Assembly (NCBI RefSeq): GCF_020745735.1
Contig: NC_083443.1
Coordinates: 23,487,006-23,551,005, forward strand
Origin: Hemiscyllium ocellatum
Taxonomy: Eukaryota
Direction: 5' to 3'
DNA length: 64,000 nucleotides
A program made the translations under genes and the position numbers. The first letter of the stretch is position 1; the number at the start of each line of letters is the position of its first letter. Below the pieces are notes generated by a model that saw nothing but the letters and a program-made list of their open reading frames with translations, ran no database searches and was not told where the DNA came from. This document shows, one piece after another, positions 11,141-23,620 of the stretch.

Positions 11141-12430
11141 GATTATTTCTTTCAGTTTCCAATCTTGTGAGCTTCATGGCCTTTTCCTTGATTATTCATA
11201 CAACTGAAAACTTTCTTAGCTTTGAATAACGTCTTCTGATTTCTAGCTAAACTCTTCTAGTCCTGAATTTTGATAACAAAAGCATGGCATTAATCATCAG
11301 TTATCATTAATAGGTCCATTCTAAGAAGGGAATAATCAACATGCAGAGAGCATAACTGTATACACAAGGGCACAAATAATAATTAATAAATAAAAGAAAG
11401 AAGTTAAACAGTGAATAGAACAAACTTAAATATGAATGGACCCTAAGATAAAAAAAATCAGAATAAAGCTCAAATGAGAGGAATTTTAAAGACAGTATTG
11501 GCCAAAATTGATGTTTGTAGGTATGTATGTACCTGGACAAATGAGAATGCTTTCCTTCAGATACATTTGGTGCAAACTTGATGAATGGAATATTATCTGT
11601 TGACGATTGTACTGTGAAATTTAGGTTTTTATAAAATGCCTTAGGAGTATAAATGCAGCCTGACTAAAATCAATTCCCATTAAAGGGAAGATGATGGTTT
11701 TACATAACAGCACATTGAAATAAAAAATCTAGAAGCCGCTTACATAGTCTCATCTCACTGATGCAAATCGATCAAAATTTAGGTTACATCTGGATTAACG
11801 TTCTACATAATGTACTTCTGGCATTTGCTCTAGGTATCTATCCTTAGGATACAGCAACTGCAACATGTTAATGTAGCATGTGCCATTTAACAAGCATTAT
11901 GTTTTTCAGTGTAGCATTTGTTTGAAGGTCACTTATGTTCAATTGAATAATACTGTTTGATACAGGCCCTTAATAATAATAAGTAGGTTATTAATATCTT
12001 TTGCAGAGTCCACTGAGTCTGATACTGAATAAAAGTATGTACGTACTTTTAAGCAAATGAAGCATACCTGTTGAGGTTATGTGCAATATTTCGCAACTAT
12101 TTTATATTAGATTCATATGCAGAAATATAGTTTTACTCTCTGAATATCTATGATTTTAGCTGTTTAGTCTTTATTCTAACTTGAATATCTGAGTACAACT
12201 GGCTATTTGCAATTCTCTATTTCTCTCTAATTCTCACGAATTCTAAATGCTCACATACACATGACTTAATGATGTATTTTAGTCATTGATAATAAAAACA
12301 TGAAGTGCTGGAGATACTCAGCAGGTCTGGTAACATCTGTGGAGACAGAAACAGAATTAATGTTTTGAGTTCAATCTGACCCTTCTTCACAACAGTTTCA
12401 ATCATTATCCTGCTTATAACAAATAAAGAC

Positions 12431-12745
12431 AGGGGTGGCATGGTTGCTCACTGTTTAGTACTGATGCCTCATAGCGCCAGAGACCCAGGTTCAATTCCAG
12501 TCTTGCAAAGCTGTCTGTGTGAGTTTCCTCCAGGTGCTCTGGTTTCCTCCCACAATCCAAAGATATGTAGGTTAGGTGAATTGGCCATGCTAAGTTGCCC
12601 AAAGTGTTCAGGGATGTGTTCGTGTGGGGGTAAATGTAGAGTAATAGGAGAGTGGGCTGGGTTTGGATGGGATGCTCTTTCGAGGGTTGGTATGGATTTG
12701 TTGGGCCAAAGGAACTGTTTCCACACTGTAGGGATTCTATGACAT
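12431..12745 (+). mobile_element. HE1-like SINE
   Basis: tRNA-like head, same core and tail as the other copies. Confidence 0.85.
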
Positions 12746-13129
12746 AAATCTTATGTACAATCAGAAGACAGATTTACACAAATTTCATTGTGGCCGGATA
12801 ATGGCACAAAATAATGACTGGTTTCACATTGTTCTTTTAGTAGCATTAAAGACTCAATATTGATCATAAACTATGAGAATAATGAATGTGAATATCAAAC
12901 TTCAATATGTTTCAACTACAACCCAAGGGAGGTTTTGGAGCTAATTCTTTACTTGGGATATGAGATGGTGATGACAGTATCTGGGACTTTGCCTGAAAGG
13001 TATGTTTCTGTGAGTGCTGTTGCTTGTGGGACAGCGTTCTCAGATTTGGCACAAGCACCCCCCCACCAATGCTGGTAAGGAGAACTTTGCAGGGTCAATG
13101 TGACTGAATAAATTTTTTACCTCATTTAT

Positions 13130-13390
13130 CTGGCTAGGACAGCGTTTATTGTGCATTTCTAATTGCCCAAAGGGCAGCAGCTGACAGCCAACCACATTGC
13201 TGTGGGTCTGGAGTCACATGTAGTTCAGACCAGGTAAGGATGGCAGTTTTTTTCCCTAAAGGGCAGTAGTGAACCAGATAGGTTTTTTCCTGACGATAGA
13301 TTCATGGTTATCATTAGACTCTTAATTACAAACATTTTATTGAATTCACAATCCACCATTTGCCATGGCAGGATTCAAACCTGGAATGAG
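13130..13390 (-). mobile_element. Second tRNA-derived SINE family
   Basis: Reverse complement matches the element at about 29030-29860. The tail gggcaattag...aataaa is shared with the LINE 3' end at 33590-34070. Confidence 0.6.
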
Positions 13391-14074
13391 TGAACCTCTT
13401 CCATTGTTATTTCTGGTGGCAGGCAGTCTATCCAGTTTAATTCCTTTTGTAAGCTTTTGTGGCAATTTGAGGAATCTAAAGGAGTTGTTTGGGCTATTTC
13501 AGAGGAGAGGTAAGAGTTAAACACATAACATGTCTGCGATCCATCTACATTGGACTAGGTAACAATTTAACATTTCCTTCCTTGAAGGACATTAATGAAC
13601 CAGATAAATGTTTCCAGCAATTCACAGTAGTTACACTATTAGGATCACGGATTTTATTGAAATTTCCTCATTATGTTCTAACTCATTTCCCCTGAGATTC
13701 TGCATTGCAATCCAATGGCATTACAATAATACTGTTGCCTCCCCTATATAGCCATAAAGTCATGAGATTTGTAAAGGAAGTAGCTCTTAAGAGGCATCTT
13801 AAATGAATAAAGAGAATTAGAATTAGAATTGGGTTTATTATCATGTGCACTCGGATTACAAAAGGACAGAGTAAAGTACAATTTCATCAACACATCGCAC
13901 CATCTTAGGTTCAAAGAGAGGCAGGACCAAACAGATTTAAGGAGCGGATTCCAGAACCTGGGGCCATTGCATGTGAAAGATTTTGGTACTTTGCTACAAA
14001 GTAAGACAAGGAAGAAAAGTGCATATGGGGTAATCAACAACTTGGAGAAATAAGAGTTCTAAATTGGAGTAAGA

Positions 14075-15470
14075 CAAATTTTATATGAGGAACATACTTT
14101 CAAAAGTTGATTGGGGTAGTCAGTTCACAAGTAAAGAGACAACTGGCAAGTGGGAGGCTTTCAAAAGTGAGATGAAGAGAGTCCAGGAACATTATGTTCC
14201 TGTTAGAATAAAGAGTAAAGCTGATAAGAGGAGGGAACAATGGATGAATACAGATATTGAGGTTCTGGTCAAAGATGAGGAGGCATATGTTAGGTATCGA
14301 CAACTGGGATCAAGTGAAACTCTTGAAAAGCAGAAGGAGAGTAGGAGCATTCTTAAAAGGGAAATCAGGAAGCCAAAGAGGAGGTATGAAATAGCCTTGG
14401 CAGATAAAGTTAAGGATCATTGAAAGAGATTCTTCAAATACATTGAGAGCAAAAGAGCAACTGGGGGAGAATGCGGCCTCTTAAAGATCAATGAGTTAAT
14501 CTCTGTGTTGGACCACAGGAGGTGGGAGACATTCCAAAAGAATATTTCATGCTCAGTTTTTACTGTGGACAAAGACATAGAGGCTAGAGGACTCAGAGAA
14601 GTAAATATTGATCCATTGAAAACAGTATGCATCATGGAGGAGAAGGTGCTGGAAGTCTTAAAAAGCGTAAAGGTGGATAAATCTGTGGGATCTGATCAAG
14701 TGTATCCCAGGACATTATGGGAAGTTGGGGAAGAAATTACGGGACCCCTAGGAGAAATATTTCTATCATCTATAGCTACAAGTAAGGTGCTGGAGGACTG
14801 GAGGGTGGCTGATAGAATGACAGAGTCATACAGCAAGGTCCAACCAGTCCATGCCAAGACCATTGAACTCATGAGTTGGGATGTCATATTGAGGTTGTAC
14901 AGGAGATTGATGAGACAACTTTTAAAGTTCTGTGTAAGTTCTAGTTGCCCTACTATAGGAAGGATATTATTAAATTGGAGAGGGTTCAGAAAAGCTGAAC
15001 CAGGATGGTGCCAGGAATGGAGGTTTGAGTTAAAAGGAGAGGCTGGATAGACTGGGACTTTTTTTCACTGGAGCATAGGTGGTTGAGGGGTGATGTTATA
15101 AAGGTTTATAAAATCATGAAGGGCATAGATAAGGTGACTAGCAAAAGTCTTTTTCCTCCGGAGTTCAAAACTAGAGGGCTTTTTTTTTAGGGTGAGAGAA
15201 ATATTTAAAAGTGACCTGAGGCAACTTTTTCACACAGAGGGTGGTTTGTATTTGTAACAAACTGCCAGATGAAGTGGTGGATGCAGGTACAGTTATAACA
15301 TTTAAAAGACATTTGGATAGGTACATGAATAGGAATAGTTTAGAGGGATATGGGTCAAACACAGGCAAGTGGAACCAATTTAATTTGGGAAAGTTGATTG
15401 GCATTGATGAATTGGACCAAAGGGTCCGGGTTCATGCTATATGACTGCATGACTGTGTGACTCCATGACA
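14075..15470 (+). mobile_element. CR1/HER1-like LINE fragment with internal deletion
   Basis: KWEAFKSE, KVDKSVGSDQVYPRTLWE, EDWRVA, then a jump to SWDVILRLYR and the 3' UTR with a (catgact)n-type tail. Confidence 0.85.
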
Positions 15471-16197
15471 TTTTACGGAGTCCCAAAAGAACATGTGGTG
15501 AGGTGCTGGTCTTTATAAAAATGGTTCCAAACAGTAGGATTTATGAGGCTATACAGGGCATCGGAAAGGTGGGATTTCAGAGACTGAAGACAGTGGAACA
15601 AAGCCTTGTGGGGGCTGGAGAGGGTGTTGGGATGTGGAATTGTGGTGGTTATAAGGTGGGAAAGGGCATGGAGAAATTCAGAAGAGAAATAGCCAGAGGG
15701 AGAGAAAAGTACATTTAAGATAAAATCAATAAGGTCTTCAGCAGACTTACAGTGCTATTTTTGCCAAATAGTTACTTTTTGCAATTGTTCAGTAGACCTT
15801 TTCATATTAACTACAATGAGCATGAGTGTGAAAAACAACTCATAACAAATAGATTTAATATATGGGTCCACCCTTCCACTAAAGTGGATGGAGTTAATCT
15901 TAAGGATGCTATTTACAAATTAATCTGCTCTGTGAGTGTGTTGAAATAAACCCAGATTAGTGGATTGAAAGTCTTTCTGCCTGCTTCCTGTAAAAGTTTA
16001 AAATGAAATGACCTTGGCAGTCTCAGTGTTTCTTATTTATATGAGACTATGGCATAAAGCTACTGATATTAAATTAGTGACAATCATTTGGCCAAAATGT
16101 GACTGCAGTGTTGTCACTATGCCTGTCAAGCAACTGGGGGGACTGTCTAGAATACTTTTGGATGGATGAATTAGAATGGGTTAAATAACCTCCCTCG

Positions 16198-17190
16198 TAG
16201 AGTCATGGTGTTACACACCATGAAAACAGAACCTTCAATCCAACCAGTCCATGCCAAACATAATCCCAAATTAAACTAGTCCTACCTGCCTGCTCTTAGC
16301 CCATATCCCTCCAAACCATTCATATTCATGTATCTATCCAAATGGTCTTTTAAATGTTGTAATTGTATCTACATCCACCACTTCCTCAGCAATTTCATTC
16401 CATGCTGTGTAAAAAAAAAATTGCCTCTCATGTCTTTTGCAAATGTGTGTCCTCTCACCTTTAAACTGTGTCCCCCTGCCTTGAAATCCCCCATCCTAGG
16501 GAAAAGATAACTCTAGTTAACTCTATCTGTACCTCTTGTTATTTTATAAACTTATATCAGGTTGCTTTAAACGTCCTACGCTCCGGTGAAAGAAGTCCCA
16601 GCACTATCCAGCTTTTCTTTATAACTCAAACCTTCCATACTCGACAGCACCCTGGTAAATCTCTTCTGAAGCCTCTCCAGCTTAATACTATTCTTCCTAT
16701 AAGTGGGCAACCAAACTGGTCACAGTGTTCCAGAAGAAGCCTCACCAATATCCTGTAGAACCTTGACATGACGTCCCAGCTCCTATACTCAATGGACTGA
16801 GCAGTAAAGGCATGTGTGCCAAACACCTTTTTAATCACCCTGTGATGCAAACTTCAAAGAATTATATACCTATACCCCTAGGACCCTCTGTTCTATAATA
16901 CTACCCAAGGCCCTACCATTAATTGTATAAAGATAAAAATCACACAACACCAGGTTATAGTCCAACAGGTTTAATTGGAAGCACACTTGCTTTTGGAGCG
17001 ACGCTCCTTCATCAGGCTATCACCTGATGAAAGCGTCGCTCCGAAAGCTAGTGTGCTTCCAATTAAACCTGTTGGACTATAACCTGGTGTTGTGTGATTT
17101 TTAACTTTGTACACCCCAGTCCAACACCGGCATCTCCAAATCATGATTAATTGTATAAGTTCTATCCTTGTTTGTTGTACCAAAATGCAT
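16198..17190 (-). mobile_element. CR1/HER1-like LINE 3' fragment (hosts a fold-back insertion)
   Basis: SIEYRSWDVMSRFYRILVRLLLEHC on the minus strand, plus 3' UTR. Confidence 0.85.
16931..17145. mobile_element. Fold-back PLE pLTR insertion (family B)
   Basis: Inverted arms of about 80 bp (16934-17016 / 17023-17103). 13-bp TSD ATTAATTGTATAA (16918-16930 / 17146-17158). CTGATGA...GAAAGCTA motif. Confidence 0.88.
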
Positions 17191-18189
17191 CTATAGTTAT
17201 GTGGGAATCTACAACTTAAAATCAGAGCTATATTCATTTAAAATTAGAATTTAAGAACATGATTTAGGGGAAATAGATTCTGCATAGTCCAGTGCATGTT
17301 GGAATTTCTTAGTATATTTATTTATGTATCTTTAATAAGTTTTATTAATTTATTGGCTTCCACAAGCCATATAAAAATGTAATGGAATTTCACTTTTCAA
17401 TATATATAATTTAATTTTTCTACACTTTCCCATCAGTACATTGGCAACTTTGCATATATTAGCAGCACATTGATTAAGACCTGAAATGTGTAGCATCAAA
17501 ACACAGGGCAGCATTTAATTATCCTGACTGTATATTAATGTTTTGCCACATTTCCTTTACCCTGTCTTCTGTAAAACCACTGCCACTTGCTCTCACTTAT
17601 AAAATGCAGTTGTAAACATTGTCGAATTAATCAGGAATGGCATGACAGTAAGATGGGGCTAATGTTGACTTGTAAAGTTTGTTGTTGTAAGTGTCCTAGT
17701 TTTATCTGCACAGTTGGGTGATATAGAAACAATAGTGTTCTTGTCACTGACCATTGGCAAGCAGAAATCCAGTGCTCCTGATTCAGTTATGCCTCATTGA
17801 GTGTGGTATTGGGTGCTGGGAGTGAAGCTACGATGTATTCTCAGCACAAACAATCTTCACCTCTCATCCCCTACAATATGATTATGGATTTCCCCTCACA
17901 TTTGTAGCATTGCAAATTGTTCTGATGAGTGCAAACTTTGACAAAATATGTCTTTTTCTTAATAGTATTCATGTTTAGTAAGTCTTCTTTAATTAATGTT
18001 CAGCAAGCAGAAGTGGAGATAAGCAAGTAAGCATAATTAGCCCACATGAAGCTGACATTGAGGGAGTTACTGAGTATTATTCTGTTAAATATAGGATATT
18101 GATGAGCAAGTAGAGATCTCCTCATAGAACTGCATACAAAAAATAGACAGTTGTTCATAAGATAGTGAGATCACCCAGATATCATAAAG

Positions 18190-18620
18190 TGATGTTGTGA
18201 GTAGCACATGAAATTCCTATTTCAGGACATGTAAGAATATGTAAAACTCAAGCATTTTTAAATAATATTTTTTATTGATCCAGATTTCTCAAGGATGTGA
18301 TGTAGTTTTCTTTAACATGCCATTTGTGTCAGGTGGTGTGAAACCCTCAATATACAATCAGACTGATACCTTCAATACCTGCACCAGTTTTTGAGGAATC
18401 ATTCAATAGAGTATTGATAGATCAAGTAAGATATTTAATGAAACAGGAGGTGGGACAACAGTGTTTCCTTACAATTAGGGATATGACAACTTGGACAAAG
18501 GATGGATATGATATCTCTTTAAGGACAATTACATCTAAAGTATTAACTGAAAAAAAATTTTTTTTAAATGAATCTGGACTACCAATAAAAATACAGTCAG
18601 AATAAAGCTCTCAATTTTCT
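18190..18620 (+). mobile_element. Decayed Gypsy/Ty3 LTR-retrotransposon integrase fragment
   Basis: VAHEIPISGHVRICKT and TCHLCQVV (HHCC zinc finger), FEESFNRVLID and GLPIKIQSE*SSQF (core-domain motifs), with stops and frameshifts. Confidence 0.8.
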
Positions 18621-18643
18621 CTTCTTGTGTCCTAAAGGAGTTG

Positions 18644-18837
18644 CTGAAAATGTGTTGCTGGAAAAGCGCAGCAAGTCAGGCAGCCCTTCTTCAGGAGAGA
18701 GGGCTTTCCTCATTCCTGAAGAAGGGCTCATGCCCGAAACGTCGATTCTCCTGCTCCTTGGATGCTGCCTGACCTGCTGCGTTTTTCCAGCAACACATTT
18801 TCAGCTCTGATCTCCAGCATCTGCAGTCCTCACTTTC
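18644..18837. mobile_element. Fold-back PLE pLTR insertion (family A) with intact hammerhead core
   Basis: TSD TCCTAAAGGAGTTG (18630-18643 / 18838-18851). CTGAAGA-AGGGCTCATGCCC-GAAAC-GTC at 18716-18743. Confidence 0.85.
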
Positions 18838-19140
18838 TCCTAAAGGAGTTGGTTTTCTATTGGTGTATATTTCCAGAAACCATTTATACCTCGCCCATTG
18901 TACTTTGCCTGTACACCATTGGTAGATAATTCTACTTAGTTGTTCCACTGTTGCAGGCATCACAACCAAGCCCAACAATGAAATATGAAGCCCAAATGTG
19001 AGTACTTAAATCGGAGGTTTGTGGATTATGATCAGGAGGAGGAACATTGGCCAATTGTCCTCTCTACACAAGAATGTTGAAAGATATTGTAATGGGATTG
19101 GCTACCTTCGCACATTTCAGTACAAAACCTACTGATGTAG

Positions 19141-19501
19141 ATTAGATTAGATTACTTACAGTGTGGAAACAGGCCCTTTGGCCCAACAGGTCCACACCGA
19201 CCCGCCGAAGCGAAACCCACCCATACCCCTACATTTACCCCTTACCTAACACTACGAGCAATTTAGCACAGCCAATTCACCTGACCCGCACATCTTTGGA
19301 CTGTGGGAGGAAACCGGAGCACCCGGAGGAAACCCACGCAGACACGGGGAGAACGTGCAAACTCCACACAGTCAGTCACCTGAGTCGGGAATTGAACCCG
19401 GGTCTCAGGCGCTGTGAGGCAGCAGTGCTAACCACTGTGCCACCGTGCCGCCCAAACACTGTGCCACCGTGCCGCCCACCACTGTGCCACCGTGCCGCCC
19501 A
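19141..19501 (-). mobile_element. Young HE1-like SINE with triplicated 5' head
   Basis: CpG-intact copy with (ATTAG)n tail at 19141-19155 and a 22-nt head unit repeated three times. Confidence 0.9.
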
Positions 19502-20317
19502 AATGTATTTGGCTAAATATACTAAACTCAATAACCCATTATAAAAGCTTTCTTTCTTCTTTAAATACACATTTTATTTTCTTCTATGAATTTAAATATT
19601 TGCATGTTTCAGTTATATTTTTATATGAAAATTCTGTGTAAATTCAAAATGGCTAATAAAATAATTGCAATTTTGCAGGCTAAGAATATTTGAATGACTT
19701 TGGATTTACTCTGGATAGTCTGCCACTGGCAGTGAAATTATGTTCCAGCTACCTCTTCTCCTCAGGAGATACTGCCAGGTACCCAATCTGACACTTAAAC
19801 ATTCTGGGATAACAGTGGCTATTTCTAATGGATGCTCCATGTCATGTGTTGCATTTGTTATCATCACTCCTCCCAGTTTCTCTCTCTCCCTGCCCCTTTT
19901 CTCTCTCTCTTAACCCTCCCTTAATTGGGCACTATATGATACTGTCACCTCTGTGAGACAGCCAGATTTGAAGATATACTTCTACTTCAGGGATATCATA
20001 AGTATTTCATCTCCCTGTAAAATCCATCCCAATATTCTGAACCAATTAATTACGATTCTATGCATAATCCATTTTTAGTTGGATAAATTTAGTTCCATCT
20101 ACTTTTTTTATAAATATGTTTCTTCGCATTCTTCCAACTTGACCTAAAGCGGACATTCTTTCATTTCAATCACATTTTTGTAACCCAGTTTTATCGTGGA
20201 TTAGTATGTCATGCTCCCGTCTTCTTGAATTATGGTAAATATAAACTCAGGTGCCTCGATTATCTCTATGCTGGTAAACCAAGCAGATTGAGCTTTCACC
20301 CAACTTAACCACCAGAA

Positions 20318-20621
20318 GAGATTAAAAATCACACAACATCAGGTTGTAGTCCAATGGGTTTATTTGGAAACACTAGTATACACCATTACTACATGAGGAA
20401 GAAGCAGTCCTTTGAAAGCTTGTGTTTTCAAATAAACCTGTTGGACTACAACCTGGCATTGTGTGATTTTTAACTTCCTGAAGAAGGGCTTATGCCCGAA
20501 ATGTCGATTTTCCTGCTCCTCAGATGCTGCCTGGCCTGCTGCGCTTTTCCAGCACCACACTTTTCAACTCTGATTTTTAACTTTGTCCACCCCATTCCAA
20601 CACCGGCAATTCCAAGTCATG
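20318..20621. mobile_element. Fold-back PLE insertion (family B) containing a nested 94-bp family A pLTR piece
   Basis: Outer duplication ACCAGAA (20311-20317 / 20622-20628). Inner insert 20477-20570 flanked by TGATTTTTAACTT (20464-20476 / 20571-20583). Confidence 0.8.
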
Positions 20622-21880
20622 ACCAGAAAGGTAACACTTTTCCTTGCTTTGCACCTTTTTTTTATTCAAGATTAAGTAATCTTGATTGCTATTTTGTTGA
20701 AATCCTAAATGAACATATGTTCACCAGTCCTGTCATTCTCACTTTTTAGCAAACCAAAAGTATTCAATCATCTTGACTGCTTTCTGTTTTTGATCTTGAA
20801 GTTATCAGCGATTCATATTAATCCCTTTGCTGTTATCAATTCTGCTATACTCACTAACAGTTGTCAAACTCCATCTCTGTCTCTTTATAGTTTATCTCTC
20901 TGCTGCATTGTTGTTGCACTGGCTGAGAAGATCTATTCCTTGATTGGATGTATACTAAACTGACTTTATTCCTATGATGGTTTACTTACTCAAAAATTAA
21001 TTTGATGAAAATTATGCACTTTGGGATGCAATAAGTAACATTAAAAAGTTTTTTTCAACTGTGAACCATCTTTATTAATACTTTTGCCAGTTTACAGCTA
21101 TATCATTGTCAACTGCTTTTTGATAGTTATTTTGTTAGTCTTGAACAATCATAAAATATCCAGGTCTTCTCATCTTCCTGACTGCTTTTCATTAACTCAG
21201 AAAAGTAAGACTGTGTGTTTTGAATTAATTTCCTTTTAGCTGCATTTGACAAAATTAAGCTAATAGGATCCAATGAAGTAAGTCCTTGGATAGAAAATAT
21301 TAATGTGCAATGAATATACCTAGAAATAATACCCAAAATCTTACATTTATATTCATTTCATTATGAATTTCTATGCCCACACTCATTGCTGAAATTGTAT
21401 ATGTAAAGCTATTGTGTTATAACCACAACCCGCATCAGTGATATCATTGTGCATTCTTTATTCTACGTCTTCCTGTTCCTTAGCTGGTATTCCTTGGGGA
21501 GAACCTATTCTCCAATTAACCCCACACTTCTCTGCTTCCCAACTTTATGTAAATGTTTTTATTCATTTATAATACTAATTCCAAATGTTAGATACAAAAC
21601 TTTAAAGTGATAAAATTGTGTCCATCTCTCCTTCCACTTTTCCAAAATACAGCACTTCTAATACCCCAGGAGATCAGTAAGATTTTTGTTCTGCTTCTTC
21701 ATGACTGTCAATGTGAATGCCTAAAGTAAATTGCAATAACAGAAGCTTTAACTAGGACCAAAATAACTGTGCCACATTGGCAGCAGATGTTCAATATAAC
21801 CAGGGCATTCAGCCCCAAGTACAAAATATTCACTGGTGGATAAATAAATTTTGACTGAAGCAAGTTAATAGCAGTTCTGC

Positions 21881-22683
21881 TTAATATAATTCATCACTAT
21901 TTTTGTGCTCCGTTTTGACCTTATGGGTTTTGTCTTCTGATTTTTTACGTCTTCTCCTGTCTTCCTTGGAATTTCTGTTGCAAAGCTCAGCATCACTACC
22001 TGTCTGCAGGCTGTCAAAGGCGACATCCTGTGTTCTTGTTTTCAGTGCTTTCTCTCGTCTTTGTCTTCGACAAAACTTGCTGCATTTATCAAAGCAGCTG
22101 AAACGCGTTTCTGTTGTACAAGCATACATTCCAGCCGGGACTGCCAGAATCATGGCACAAACAATGACTATAATGTGAATGAGTTTCTCCCTCTGCTCCA
22201 GTTCACTAATGTCATTGCCGGTAACAAATATAATGCATTGACCGCTCTTCGGAGGCTGATTCCTCAGTGTAACACACACCTTGTACTTTGTCGCTGGGAA
22301 CAGATCATTAACAGAATAAGTATTTACTCCTGGTCCAATATAAATCATTTCCTTTTTAGCGTCTTCGAATTTCCCAAAGTGCAGGGTGTACCAAGTCTCA
22401 GCAGGGTTCTGAGTTGCTGCGTACCACTCTAGGGTTATGCCATAGACTGTTTGCTTTGCAATCCTCACATCTATATAAACATTCTCTTCTTCGGAAGCTG
22501 TAGGGGTCAAGGACGATAGGGTACCTAAAGATTCTGAAGTTAAAAAGTTTACCAGGATCTGCACGGATGAGTTTCCAAGATAGTTTGTAGTAATGCAGAT
22601 GTAACTTCCTTCATTGGTACTCTGAACTGATGGAATCACCAACTCTGACTTTACTGTTTCCTCATCAATATTTGCAAAAGACA
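21881..22683 (-). CDS. LRIT2: LRIT2 coding exon 3 (Ig second half, FN3, TM, cytoplasmic tail)
   Basis: Acceptor ttacag|TG at 22684/22683, phase 1. EGSYICITTNYLG (Ig), FN3 (LFPATKYKVCV), TM LIHIIVIVCAMILAVPAGMYAC resembling LRIT2. The three exons total 1692 nt = 563 aa + stop. Confidence 0.93.
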
Positions 22684-23249
22684 CTGTAATAATAAAACAA
22701 AGATGTGTTTATTAATTCAAGTCAAAGTACTTGTGTACCATGCGAAATTACTTGAGAGAGGCACAAATTTTGAAAATGCTGAGGAGCAGACAACCAAAAA
22801 ATAGCTTCCACATCCAATATAGTAAAATACATGCAACAAAAATGGTTATGGTAGAATAAATGGTATTGTTGTGGATGTTGAAATAACTCTGCAGTGAAGT
22901 GTCCCACAAATTGTCAGCCAAGGTTATCTCCAATAATAGTAAACATTCTGCATTTCTAATGTAAGTAACTAAAATACTACAAAAATCTTGGCATTTAGAA
23001 TTCATGTGAAACAAGAGATGAGGTTAATCAATACTACTGAAATACATGTTGAATTTATATATCCATTAGTCATCTCAAAAGATTAAATTACATAATTTCC
23101 ATAGCTAATAATGTAAAATATGCATTAATTTTATAAAGACTGTATAATAATCTCACCATAAAATCTCACCACAAAGGATAATGATAAAGGGCACAGCCCA
23201 AACTGTCTTAAATTTATTTATATGGACTAGTGTTTTCCTTTCACAAAAG

Positions 23250-23620
23250 GTCTAGGCTGGCACTCCAGAGTACTACTGAGGGAATGCTGCACTGTCAGAG
23301 GAGCAATTTTTTACAAACAAAGTTGTTCAATTGAGGTCTTGTTTCCCCAAGTCAGGTAAAAAAGATCCCATGGCACTATCTTAACCAACTGCATGAGAAT
23401 AATTTTATTAGTTTCCTGCTCAACATTTATCACTCAAACAACATGACAAGAGCAAATGGTCTGTTGTTGAAAGATTGTTGTTTTTTGGAATTTTTTGTCT
23501 GTAAATTGGGCATGACATTTCCTACATTTTAGCAATGACTACACTTCAAAAAGTACTTAATTGACTGCAAAGTGCTTTGGTGTGTCTGTAATTGTGAAAG
23601 GCTCTACATAAATGTAAGTG
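23250..23620 (+). mobile_element. Ancient DeuSINE (SacSINE1/AmnSINE1-like) in LRIT2 intron 2
   Basis: Deu-domain-like motifs actgagggaatgctgcactgtcagagg and aaaagatcccatggcactat, and tail gactacacttcaaaaagtacttaattg...gtgaaaggc. Recognised from recalled consensus. Confidence 0.7.

Noticed and set aside
16934-17103. Long hairpins as miRNA precursors or DNA-transposon MITEs
   Set aside because: The arms are PLE terminal sequences of unequal length with long, variable TSDs, not fixed TIR/TSD ends. There is no evidence for miRNA processing.
19433-19501. Short direct-repeat array resembling CRISPR
   Set aside because: Eukaryotic context, only 1-2 nt between units, and the unit is the SINE 5' end.
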